Of a DNA stretch of 33,798 nucleotides, positions 22,801 through 33,798 are shown one piece after another. Made by a program: the position numbers and the translations under genes. Origin of the DNA: Octopus bimaculoides (lineage: Eukaryota). Below the pieces are notes generated by a model. The model worked only from the letters and a program-made list of their open reading frames with translations. It did no database searches and had not been told where the DNA came from. Numbering within the stretch: position 1 is the first letter of the stretch; the number at the start of each line of letters is the position of its first letter. The stretch is from the NCBI RefSeq assembly GCF_001194135.2, contig NC_068983.1:63658187-63691984 (forward strand), in the 5' to 3' direction.

Positions 22801-23549
22801 TGTTAATTCTAATCCTCATAATTTTTGTCTGTTTCGTAGTAGAATAATGAAACATGATTATTTGTAGGACTCCATGACTGTTGGATAAATCAGTAAGGAA
22901 TCATGAGACCACAATTTGTGTATTGCTGCGTTATCAAGCTGTGTGTCAAGATATCGATTTGTTTTTCTTCGGACTCGCGACCTGGTGGGAATGATTGCGG
23001 CACAATCCACTAAAAACACTCGTAGGCTAATGATAGTCTCCCCCTTAGAGCTTATTCAACCTTTTTCCTAGCTGTGGATACAACTTACCACGACTCTCCC
23101 TTAATTGATTTGGGTTAATATGTTACAATGCCTTCTGGATTTTCTCTTTTTTAGTAACAATATAGACAGCAATTTTTATAGTTATAATGCATTATTTAAT
23201 GTGAACATTTTTCCTATACTGTTTTAAGTTACAATCGATTATGTCCCAAATACTGACTCCAAGTTTCATGAAACATGTAGTATCACATCACATGGTTAAT
23301 TTGGTAGATTTTAGCCCTTACTTCCAAAGTTCTAGCTGTATAGCAAAGCTAAAAATTATCATTATTAGCAACCACTTATTCAGCTCTTAAACAATGTACA
23401 ATCTGAACTGACCACTTCATCATTATGTCGTATATTTTCTTTCCTCTCTGTATTTTCACAAGTATTTAAATGTGAGACTCGCAAATATCCTTGCTATGAC
23501 TCCCTTTCTTTATTGATCTCTCCACCACTCTTATCTCTCTTATTTCAAG

Positions 23550-23860
23550 CATATTCTACTCATCTCTACTCATCTATATCACAAAATCTTTGATTTAGTT
23601 CTCTCATATTTTGCCAAATAACACAGTTATCTTTCGTTTTTGAAGTGTGGTTTGAGGTCATCTATGGACATTTACTGTTCTACAGCTTCCAAGTTTAGAA
23701 AGATGATAATCTCCCTCCTTAATATAATCAAGTAATCTCATTTGATATTAAGTTGAAGAAGTTTTTTAAATCGTCTAACTCCTCGTTTCACATAGACACT
23801 GTACTCATCTCAATAAATTTTATCCAGCTATGGATAACAATAATTTTCATATTTCCATAA
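23550..23860 (-). mobile_element. Possible decayed Penelope-like RT fragment
   Basis: Minus strand, across frameshifts: SWIKFIE, EELDDLKNFFNLIS, IIFLNLE, SIDDLKP, SNHTSKTK (cf. W.RFIDD..EEL..F...LN..I.FLD...TD..KP...S.HP..TK). Weak. Confidence 0.35.
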
Positions 23861-23928
23861 TGGAATAAATAGGAATCATGTAATATATTTCAATTGCCGT
23901 CCTACGTTTTAGTTCGATCACTTTTTCG

Positions 23929-24102
23929 GGAGCAATTCGGAGATAAGCCGATTACAACTAGCCTAGTGTTCAACTGGTACTTATTTCATCAACCTCGAAA
24001 AAATGAAGGGTAAAGTCGACCCCGGCAGCATTTGAATTCAAAATGTAAAGTGGGAAGAAACACCACTAAGCACGTTGTCCGGCACAGTAACGATTCGCCG
24101 CC
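23929..24102 (-). mobile_element. SINE family A, near full-length
   Basis: CAACTGGTACTTATTTCATCAACC..AAAGTCGACCCCGGC..ATTTGAATTC..CTAAGCA..AACGATTC; its reverse complement aligns with 8339-8510. Confidence 0.85.
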
Positions 24103-27100
24103 TCTAGCATTATAAAAATATTGTAATCAACTTGCAATCTCACGCTCTACTTCAAACAAACTGTCCCAATCAGCAACGTTCGCTTCTATACAGATGATAC
24201 CACACTACATGCGTTCCTAAACTTCCGCGAACCACGTGTCATCGACCAAGAAACTTGTAGTTGATCCATGACAGGAAATTTCAATAACATTCTTTAAAAT
24301 GACCATATCAACAATTTATATTTCAAAATACGCAGACAAAATCACTCTATCAAGAAACAATATTCTACTTCGTGATCTCTAGTCAAAGATAAAATTAAAC
24401 TAAAACCCTCAAATTAAGACAAATACAAAGTTTCCCAAATTTTGATGGTCTCTCTTAGCGATCACTTATACACATAGCAAACCCTGCACCTCAAGGACTA
24501 TCGTTGCTCTTTATAGCCAGGGACTACTACAGTTCTTATCTCTCTATGAATCTTACGTGAGTCCTACGTCTGCGACTGCTATTAGCCCGCATACGGTAAT
24601 TTTTTTTTACTTAATGGCATAAAGTCACTCACCTCACATTTACTCTAGTAGTCCGCAGATTTACACTTTCTTCGTTATACTTTTCTAGTGCTGTTACAGT
24701 AGATTCTGGTCTTCGGGGCTGATTATTGGTGATATGATACCTCTATCCCAGTGCCATCCAGTACGCTCCACTTTGATCTTATTTCCTCTTGATTATCTGT
24801 TGTTCACTAAAATTTACTTCATCAAAATGTCAGCCAACTTAAACTCTTTACCTGCTCATCTTTTAAATGTAAGCCTTGGCTTACATTGCTCAATTCAAAA
24901 ATCTTACTGATCTCAATATGTTTTCAAAGCCACGTGTTAAACACATGTATATATCTCCACATTGCGAACCTTTAGTGAAAGACATGTTAAGATTTACCAA
25001 ACTAATCTTATAATACACACTAGCTTACCTAATTGTGAAGAAAATAATTTATATAGCTATGAGTTGTTACTTTCACGGCAAATCCAACATATTAAGTGAC
25101 ATAAATGACAAGATATAAGTCTCAACTATATCCTGAAGACTGGGATTTCTGTTTAGATTAACATTAAAAATTCAGCCTTAATATAATGCATACTCCTATA
25201 ATTCAGAAATGTAACTCAGATCTTGGAATATCCTAACTGAAAGTCTAACCTAGCAAGCATAAAATAAACACCTCTTGATGATTTGAAACTATTAAGTTAC
25301 CACCATGTTGCACATATTAACTTACATTAATGTTACTTCCCTTCACCCTTTTTTCAAGAATCCTGGGTGCTGTCGACTTCACCGACAAAACAATACAAAA
25401 AGAATTAATCATCTATATATATTTCACTATAATTTATATGTAGCAATATAAAGATTTCCCAAAATGTAAAATAAATTTCAAGGAAATGGATTCTTATTGT
25501 ACGAGGTTCGAAGAGGATTTGAAATCAGCTCAGCAAACAGACATAATATTCCATTACTAAAGTTCTCCTTCTCTTCCCCCTCTCTCCCTCGCTCTGCTCT
25601 CAGGTATTGCGATGTTGATTGATGAAGTGCTTTAAATGTTTGAATCAAGGAAACATAGCTGTGATCCGCTAACCGGAAACGAACCACATATTTTAAGCTG
25701 CTCTGTAGGTAACTATTACTTCACTCATCTGCCACTCCGCAATTGATTAATTTGATTAAAGAGCATTCACACTATTTGATAACATATGTGCGCAGAAAAT
25801 GCAGAGACAGCTTTAATGATGGGTGAGAACAATGTTGGCTTCTTCCGGAAGTCTATTTTCTTAATTCATCTGTTGCTGTTATTTGTTACAGTTAATCACA
25901 ATTGAAATTGCATATGGCAAGAAATGTTCGTGGAGAAAATGAAAGAGTCAGTAATTAGTGGTGATTATTGAACAGCGAAAGTAATTCCATTATGAATTAT
26001 GAGGAGAGAAACAAAGAACTCAATTTGAAAGCAGTAGCTTGTAAAACCTGAAGTTATAATTCGTTTAACTTCATTCAGTGAGGAAATATCGAACTTCCTT
26101 ATCCAACTGGACATTCATTAGCTCCACATTAATTATAAAATTTTCACTCATTGCAAATATTATATTACCGGCATATAAAAATTAATTACGCCAAAATAAA
26201 ACGGTGATGAATTAAGTCATAAAATAGTTATAAATATAATTTTATAGCTGACTTCAAGAGTTAACTTTTAGCCAACTTTCTTGCTAATTACTGGATTTGC
26301 TTTGCAACAGAGAATTTTGAAATATTGGTGTTCACCGTCATATTGGATATTCAGAAAGCCTAACGATAAAAGGTAATGATACAATAATATTTTTTAAAGA
26401 ATCAGAAGATAGAATAAACATCAAAACTTGTTTATGTACATATATGAATTTAACGGATATAAAAAAGGAGAAAATATGAGTATTTATATGAAACACCTGC
26501 TGATTACGGTTATGAAATATCTTAGGAGTAATTTTTCCAAAACTATTCTTTCCAAAGACCCCCGAGTAAAACAGCTCGCATTGTATTACAAAAATATAAA
26601 TCTCTCAACCCAAATAAAATATCTGCCGTCCAGGCTATAATCTATACACAAAAGTCTCTCCAAAAATTGATGGCTTCGTATGTGTAGATTGAAATCCCTA
26701 CTTTGCTTACCCAGTCGCCTTAGTATGAGCATTAAACGCTTCGAATTACTCTTGCTTAAAAGCTTGCACATCAAAACTAACAATACATCTAATTCCACCA
26801 CTTCTATTCGAAATCATCCAACATTTAGAGGATCCTTGACCAAACCTCTTAGTGCATATGAAATATCTATCTTACACCCATCCTCCCAAGTTCAACGTCC
26901 ACAGCGACTGCAATAACCACATCCTCTCTTGCCTCTCACACCTACAGGTCTTGCCTAATCATTACAAAGCTCAAGAAAGTTCTGTAATGGAGTAATGTTC
27001 CTATGTCATATTGCTTCTATAAGTATAAGCATTCTGTTCATCTCGTGGAAATAAAGGTAGCTCAACTGATTAGCCTAAAGTCGTTTACCAAAAACTCCAT

Positions 27101-27134
27101 TTCTGACCCTCCCACAGACTTGCCCATTTCGTTT

Positions 27135-27359
<225 letters not shown>

Positions 27360-27467
27360 CATCCTCTCTGCTTAAACTATTGGGAAATGTAGAGACAATT
27401 TAGAGGCTCTTTAATATTTCCAATGTAATAGATATTTATTAATGTTTTATAAACATTCTAGACTTAC

Positions 27468-27521
27468 CCTTGTACCAGGCATTACAAAACCACTATTGCT
27501 CAGAAATTTAGAATTACCCAT
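27468..27521 (-). CDS. Candidate ATG-containing exon (18 codons)
   Basis: GGC-ATG-G context, MGNSKFLSNSGFVMPGTR, donor AGG|GTAAGT, phase 0. No supporting homology. Confidence 0.15.
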
Positions 27522-27899
27522 GCCGAGTGTTAATTTAATTTTAAAAATAAACGGTCAGAATGAGTTTTAACTGAACAAATCCATCTAACACGTTCGGCAA
27601 GCTCCCATCATGTATCACTATGCAAAAATATCAGTAACACAAACACAAGTTAAATAGAAATGGGATCAATTCTAAGAAATGGGTTCGTTTAATATGAAAG
27701 AATTTATTTAGAAATATGGTGAGTAAGTAATCCTCTGATTTATCCAAAACTGAATACCAAAAGAAAAAAAAATGTATCCAACGCAGCAAGCGACATATTA
27801 TAAAACCAACTAAAAAGGAAAATATGCAAAAATAATAAAAGAAAATACTAATAAATGCAGCACTGTCCCACCCAATCTAAAACAAAACACATCGCAAAC

Positions 27900-28134
27900 A
27901 TGGATCATAACAAAAGAGAAAATATAGACAACACAACACACTCTGTAAGACAATAAAGAAAGGATAGATTAGAGACACCCAACGCACCTAATAAATGTAG
28001 AAAAGAACGAATAGTGCCACTGACTGAAGAGATTTTAAATGAAATGAAACAAAGTTTGCAGAGAAAACTTGCACTTGTTGAAAATAGTGTAAAACTTTAA
28101 CGCCTAGTAATAAATTATATAACAAAATCAAAAA

Positions 28135-28186
<52 letters not shown>

Positions 28187-29330
28187 ACAAACCAGCTGTG
28201 AAATAGGAATATAGAGCAAATATATGAAATAGTCATAAATGACTTAAAAGAATTAGTGTATGTTAAATGTTGTGTAGTAATTCGGAAAAGCAAGTGTCGA
28301 AATAAACCAGAAAACCTGAAACACGTGCTATTTGGAAATACAACATTCGAAAAGGGATAAATCGCAGGAGAAATAAGCGAGAGCATAAACAAGGATACAG
28401 AATGTGACACTTAAAAAATTCAAAATTACATCAAACGTTGTAAAGTCAAGACGAATTGCATCTTAAAATTACAAAAGCAATATTAATTCAGTTAGTGAAA
28501 GCAAAAGTTGAAGAAATATAGAGATTTGAATAACAGATCAAACAATTTGAACAAAATAAAATGTTTAGAGAAAAATAATGAAGCCTTTACAGGGAATTAA
28601 ACTACAAAACAATACAAGCAGAGGATCGACCAGTTAAAAAACAAGTAAAAGTAAGTTTGAGAAATGTTTGGGATTTAGGATAGCCTCATAAAAACAACTG
28701 AACCACCCAGCAAAAGAAAAGATATAAAAATGATGTGTATCACAAGGATGGAATGATATCACAGCGGAAAATATAATGGAAGGTTTAATAGAAAAAGAAA
28801 AATTAGCTCGAAAATCTTTTACAGTCTGTAACACTTTATAGCTGTGATATCAGTATGGAGTTTGGGCTTGACAAATGCTGCGAAACATGTTTCAAATGAG
28901 GCAAGCTGATCAACTCAGTAAACATTGACAATGAAATCATTTAGACATTAAACAAACCGAAAAGAAAGCGTATAAATATCTGAAGATCAACAAGGCTGAA
29001 CGAATTCCTCGCGTTAGAATGCATGAACAAATCCAAAACGAAAATACTGATCGGACTACGAGGTTCCTAAAAAGTTCGCTCATCTCGAAAATGATGATGA
29101 AAACAAATAACACACTATTTGTCCCTGAGAGTAAGCTGTAGTTTCCTAGGGGTAAACTATATTATGTGAAGGTTGAAAAGAAAACAAAAGACAAAAGCTT
29201 AACACGTGTGCCGTTTGTAAGAATAAAGAAAAATCCCTTTCACAACATTATAGTCAGAATAGTGACTTATGTTTTAAAGGACGTAAAGCACGCTCGTGCA
29301 AAAAGTTCCGGATTATGACAAAAATCAACA
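27900..29330 (+). mobile_element. Decayed, internally deleted R4/Dong-like LINE with a (TA)n tract at about 28138-28178
   Basis: KAILIQLVKAKVEEI*RFE*QIKQFEQNKMFRE..SLYREL (about 28474-28605), then YSCDISMEFGLDKC (about 28838-28880), YKYLKI, FLKSSL..NTLFVP, matching R4/Dong ORF order. The 5' boundary is approximate. Confidence 0.8.
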
Positions 29331-29509
29331 GGTTCTACTTAAATTTATAAATGATCAAGGATATTCAAGAGAAAAGTTATTTCAACAACAGTGCCAGTCG
29401 AACTGTTGTTTCGTCATCCTGCTCACATTTCGGAGAGGTTTGGTTGCTGGTAGCTCCAATGTAGACAAGTAAGTAGTACACTTGTAACATTGAGAGTCTA
29501 ACACAATAA

Positions 29510-29960
29510 TTTTCGTCCTCGTTCTGAAATTTCTCAGGAAGAAATTACTCAAACTGAACCCATCATCAATCAGAATCCATCTGGACCATCTAAGATATCC
29601 TCAAATAATTCTCCATAGAATGCAGCATTTGATTTTCCACCGAACACACGGTTCAGCTAGTACAGGGGAGTGAAAATCTGACAACATTCCACGCAGTGAA
29701 GACCGAACTTTAGTTCAAGCTGTAATCAGGACTGCAACTTTGTCAAAGAAATGAGTTACAACAAAGCATATCGCATAAACGGCGACCACTCCAATTCTCC
29801 ATGTAGTAGTCCACGAATGCCTGAAGGTATTTAAGTAATCACATGTACAGGTGCATCACCAGTCACGGCATTCTGTGACGCTCTTGTAAGAATTTGAAGC
29901 AGATGGACTTTTTGAGTAGCGAAACACGTCTTTTCCACGAAAAGCAAAAGAGCATAAGTT
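29510..29960 (+). mobile_element. Decayed mariner transposase N-terminal (HTH) half
   Basis: Across frameshifts: VLKFLRKK, DNIPRS/RP (cf. D..RSGRP), VTTKHIA, VVHECLKVFK, LL*EFEADGLF. Confidence 0.5.
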
Positions 29961-30499
29961 CTAATATAATCAGATATTTCTCTGGACAAAGCAAAACAAC
30001 CAAGTACGAAAGTAAATACAAAGTGCCTAATGATAAATACCCAGTTCTATATTTAAGAGATGACGAATTATGTACATCATTTACATTTGACGGCTATTTG
30101 TCCTCATCTTGGTTGTTGTTAACACAACGTTTCAGCTGATATACCCTCCAGCCTTCATCATGTGGCTGTGGCTGTATATAGTAATGTCTCAGTATAGACT
30201 GAGTTTCGATATATGGGGTTAGATGTTGCCTTTCAGCTCTTACGAATAGTATAAAATGAATATATGGCGTCAATTTAATTGACTATGCTTTATACCCACG
30301 CTTGCCTGGTTTTCGGCCTAAGGGAAAATACATTATTATTACTGCGGTACTTAGACAAGTAAGGAATTGTTTCGCTTCACAACAATTTGCAGCTCTGTGT
30401 GCTTTGAGTATGTGCAACATTTTCTTTTGTTTTTGCATCATATTCTGCTACATTGGAATGACATTTATACTATAAATAAAACCCCTCTTTTATCTATCT

Positions 30500-30740
30500 C
30501 TAAATATACGTACATACATAGTACATACATAATACATACATACATACCTACATACATATATACATATACATACGTACATACATACATACATGCATATGTA
30601 CATACATAGAATCATGCATGCATACATTCATGCATATATTCATATATTCATACATACATATAGATAGATATATAGATATACATGTATACTTATACTTGCA
30701 CACACATGCACACACGCGCGTGCACACACACACACCACCC
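30500..30740. repeat. (CATA)n/(CA)n degenerate microsatellite field
   Basis: Seen directly. Confidence 0.93.
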
Positions 30741-31116
30741 ATGTACCAGGCACACACGTTCGCTATTTCCAAGTGACACATACACGTTAATTCAGAATCG
30801 TGCTACTGTTATGAAGAATAGTAGGAATTGTTTCGGTAATTCTCATGATAATAGAATTCCTAGCCTTTACGAAAATATGAATAATAACCAACGCTAACTT
30901 AAGTTGGGAATTTTAAAGAAATTGCATTGAATTACGTTAGAAACAGCAAGCTTTTTACAACAGACATACAAATGTCTTCGTATGGCAGCCATATTGTTAA
31001 ATCTCGCTGACTTAAACAAAAAAAAAAGAATTCGTTTGATTTGTATAACAATGTACATAATATATGCAGATGTTTGTATATTTGCATCTGTGTGTATGTG
31101 TGTGTTTATATATGTA

Positions 31117-31155
<39 letters not shown>

Positions 31156-31564
31156 NNNNNNNNNNNNNNNNNNNNNNNNNNNNNNNNNNNNNNNNNNNNN
31201 NNNNNNNNNNNNNNNNNNNNNNNNNNNNNNNNNNNNNNNNNNNNNNNNNNNNNNNNNNNNNNNNNNNNNNNNNNNNNNNNNNNNNNNNNNNNNNNNNNNN
31301 NNNNNNNNNNNNNNNNNNNNNNNNNNNNNNNNNNNNNNNNNNNNNNNNNNNNNNNNNNNNNNNNNNNNNNNNNNNNNNNNNNNNNNNNNNNNNNNNNNNN
31401 NNNNNNNNNNNNNNNNNNNNNNNNNNNNNNNNNNNNNNNNNNNNNNNNNNNNNNNNNNNNNNNNNNNNNNNNNNNNNNNNNNNNNNNNNNNNNNNNNNNN
31501 NNNNNNNNNNNNNNNNNNNNNNNNNNNNNNNNNNNNNNNNNNNNNNNNNNNNNNNNNNNNNNNN
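31156..31564. other. Assembly gap (409 N) flanked by (TA)n
   Basis: Seen directly. Confidence 1.
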
Positions 31565-31616
<52 letters not shown>

Positions 31617-32175
31617 CGTGTGTGTGTGTGTCTACACACATACATACACATACATATCTGCAGTTATACTCACATATATGAAGAACTCAGCTTACAACTG
31701 TTTTTTTTTTGTGTTGCACCTATAAACAAACGGATGAATTGTAGTGGAGGACATGTATATATGTATACACAATATATAACATCCTACCTATGTGCACATA
31801 CACATGCACACACAAACAAATATTTGCATTAAAAAGTTTACGGGTGTGTGTGCTTATAGACCCACATATATGTAGATACACAATATAAGTATAGGTATGT
31901 ACAATTGCAGGTACGCATATCTGCATGTATATGTATATACATTTGTGTATGTGTGTGTGCATATGTGTATACATATATGTATGTCTGTATATATGATTAC
32001 ACATCATATATACATTAATCCGAATTTTATGGTAATATTCTGTCAATAGTTTACAATAAATGAATTTATTATCACTCCTTTCTATATAATATATATATAT
32101 ATGAATATACGTATGCAAGTATGTATCTACCTATCTATCTAGTTTTATATACATATATATATATATATATATATA

Positions 32176-32618
32176 NNNNNNNNNNNNNNNNNNNNNNNNN
32201 NNNNNNNNNNNNNNNNNNNNNNNNNNNNNNNNNNNNNNNNNNNNNNNNNNNNNNNNNNNNNNNNNNNNNNNNNNNNNNNNNNNNNNNNNNNNNNNNNNNN
32301 NNNNNNNNNNNNNNNNNNNNNNNNNNNNNNNNNNNNNNNNNNNNNNNNNNNNNNNNNNNNNNNNNNNNNNNNNNNNNNNNNNNNNNNNNNNNNNNNNNNN
32401 NNNNNNNNNNNNNNNNNNNNNNNNNNNNNNNNNNNNNNNNNNNNNNNNNNNNNNNNNNNNNNNNNNNNNNNNNNNNNNNNNNNNNNNNNNNNNNNNNNNN
32501 NNNNNNNNNNNNNNNNNNNNNNNNNNNNNNNNNNNNNNNNNNNNNNNNNNNNNNNNNNNNNNNNNNNNNNNNNNNNNNNNNNNNNNNNNNNNNNNNNNNN
32601 NNNNNNNNNNNNNNNNNN
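32176..32618. other. Assembly gap (443 N) with (TA)n on its left
   Basis: Seen directly. Confidence 1.
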
Positions 32619-32879
32619 TGGTGAGAGACGATTGGCCAACTGGAAAATGTGTTAGGTCGAAATGAAAGGCTGAGAACAGCAGTTGATAACACGACCCAGT
32701 GAAACTTTGTATATTTCCTTTTCATTTAAATATATTTTCAGTGTTCTCTTTGATCTTATTCAGTCATTTCACAAGACTGACGACCCGCTGGGGAAGAGAA
32801 AGAGAGAGAAAGAGTGAGAGATAGGGGAAGTGTGAGAAGTAGTTGAGGTAGGAGATTCGGTGAATCGCCTAGATGATTG

Positions 32880-33766
32880 TTTGAGAGATCAATTCATGTA
32901 CGTGGGTACATATGTACGTTTGTATGTGTGTATGTATGTATGTCCGTATGTGTATATGTATGTATGTGCGTATGTATGCATCAATGTATGTATCTATGTA
33001 AGTCTATATAGTGTGGCATACAGAAAAGGGATGCAGACATATTAGAAATACACAGAAAACGTAGTGACAAATAAACAGCTCAAACATTCATATTTCATAC
33101 AAACATACACACATGCGTACCACACATACACTCTCACGCACACAAAGAGAAACACACATATATTTAAAGAAAATAGAAGAGAGAATAACCGATAGATATT
33201 AAGTCGAAAATTAAAAAGAAAAAAATGATAAATGGAAAGATAAAAATAAATAGATTGATATATTGATAAATAGATTCATATGCTGATGTATATAGTTAGG
33301 TTGAGATGAACAGAGAGTGAGTGAGTGAGTGAAAGGAAGAAAGGAAAAGTGAGAAGAAATTCTCATATATGAGGTATGAGGACATAAAAGCAGCAGGCAG
33401 TAAATTAGAGAGGCAATATTATTGAGAAAGAGACAAGAGAAAATATTAATAGTGAGATATATTCAATACTTCAAGAGAAAAATGAAAGAAGGTAACTAAA
33501 ACAAAGAACAAAATAAGACAAAGGAATAAACGTATAAAATCAAAAACATACGCAGATAGTTATAATGTTTGTGTGTGTGTGTGTGTGTGTATGCGTATGC
33601 ATATAGAAGTAAATTATTGTGTATCTATATACATACCATATGTGCATGTGTGTGTATGTTCTTGTATGTGTATATACGAGTGTGTCTGTGCGAATAATGG
33701 ATACAAATATACATAAATACACGCAATGATATAGCTCCTTAGATACTGAAGCATACATACATCTAG

Positions 33767-33798
<32 letters not shown>
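32880..33798. repeat. Degenerate TATG/CA/GA-rich simple sequence ending in (TA)n
   Basis: Seen directly. Confidence 0.85.

Noticed and set aside
25604-25708. Strong polypyrimidine acceptor with a GTAACT donor
   Set aside because: Stops in all three frames; the tract is a CT-rich simple repeat. At most a non-coding exon.
25816-25905. Signal-peptide-like short ORF (MMGENNVGFFRKSIFLIHLLLLFVTVNHN*)
   Set aside because: Only a weak GTTAAT donor and an immediate stop; hydrophobic runs are common in T-rich DNA.

Overview
AT-rich, repeat-saturated eukaryotic genomic DNA from a draft assembly with four N-gaps. The extreme microsatellite load ((TA)n, (CA)n, (TATG)n, (ATT)n, (TAC)n/(TGC)n) and the SINE families suggest a coleoid cephalopod such as Octopus; this is inference, not a database result. 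No intact long ORF exists, and most ORF-track entries are microsatellite read-throughs. Recognisable content is mainly transposon remains: a FLYWCH+MULE transposase with a decayed hAT-like transposase next to it, a 169-bp hAT-type MITE with an 8-bp TSD, two mariner remnants, RTE LINE fragments, two R4/Dong-like LINE remnants, a possible Penelope RT remnant, and at least six copies of two SINE families. The two most interesting signals are (i) a minimal type-I hammerhead-ribozyme-like motif of the Penelope type at 119-154 (-), with a core A6->U change, and (ii) a cluster of well-formed + strand splice-site pairs at 10.3-13.1 kb, two of which join in frame to give a signal peptide plus a short Cys-containing peptide. 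Neither can be confirmed from sequence alone. I see no convincing evidence of a wholly new system. All translations and alignments were done by eye.
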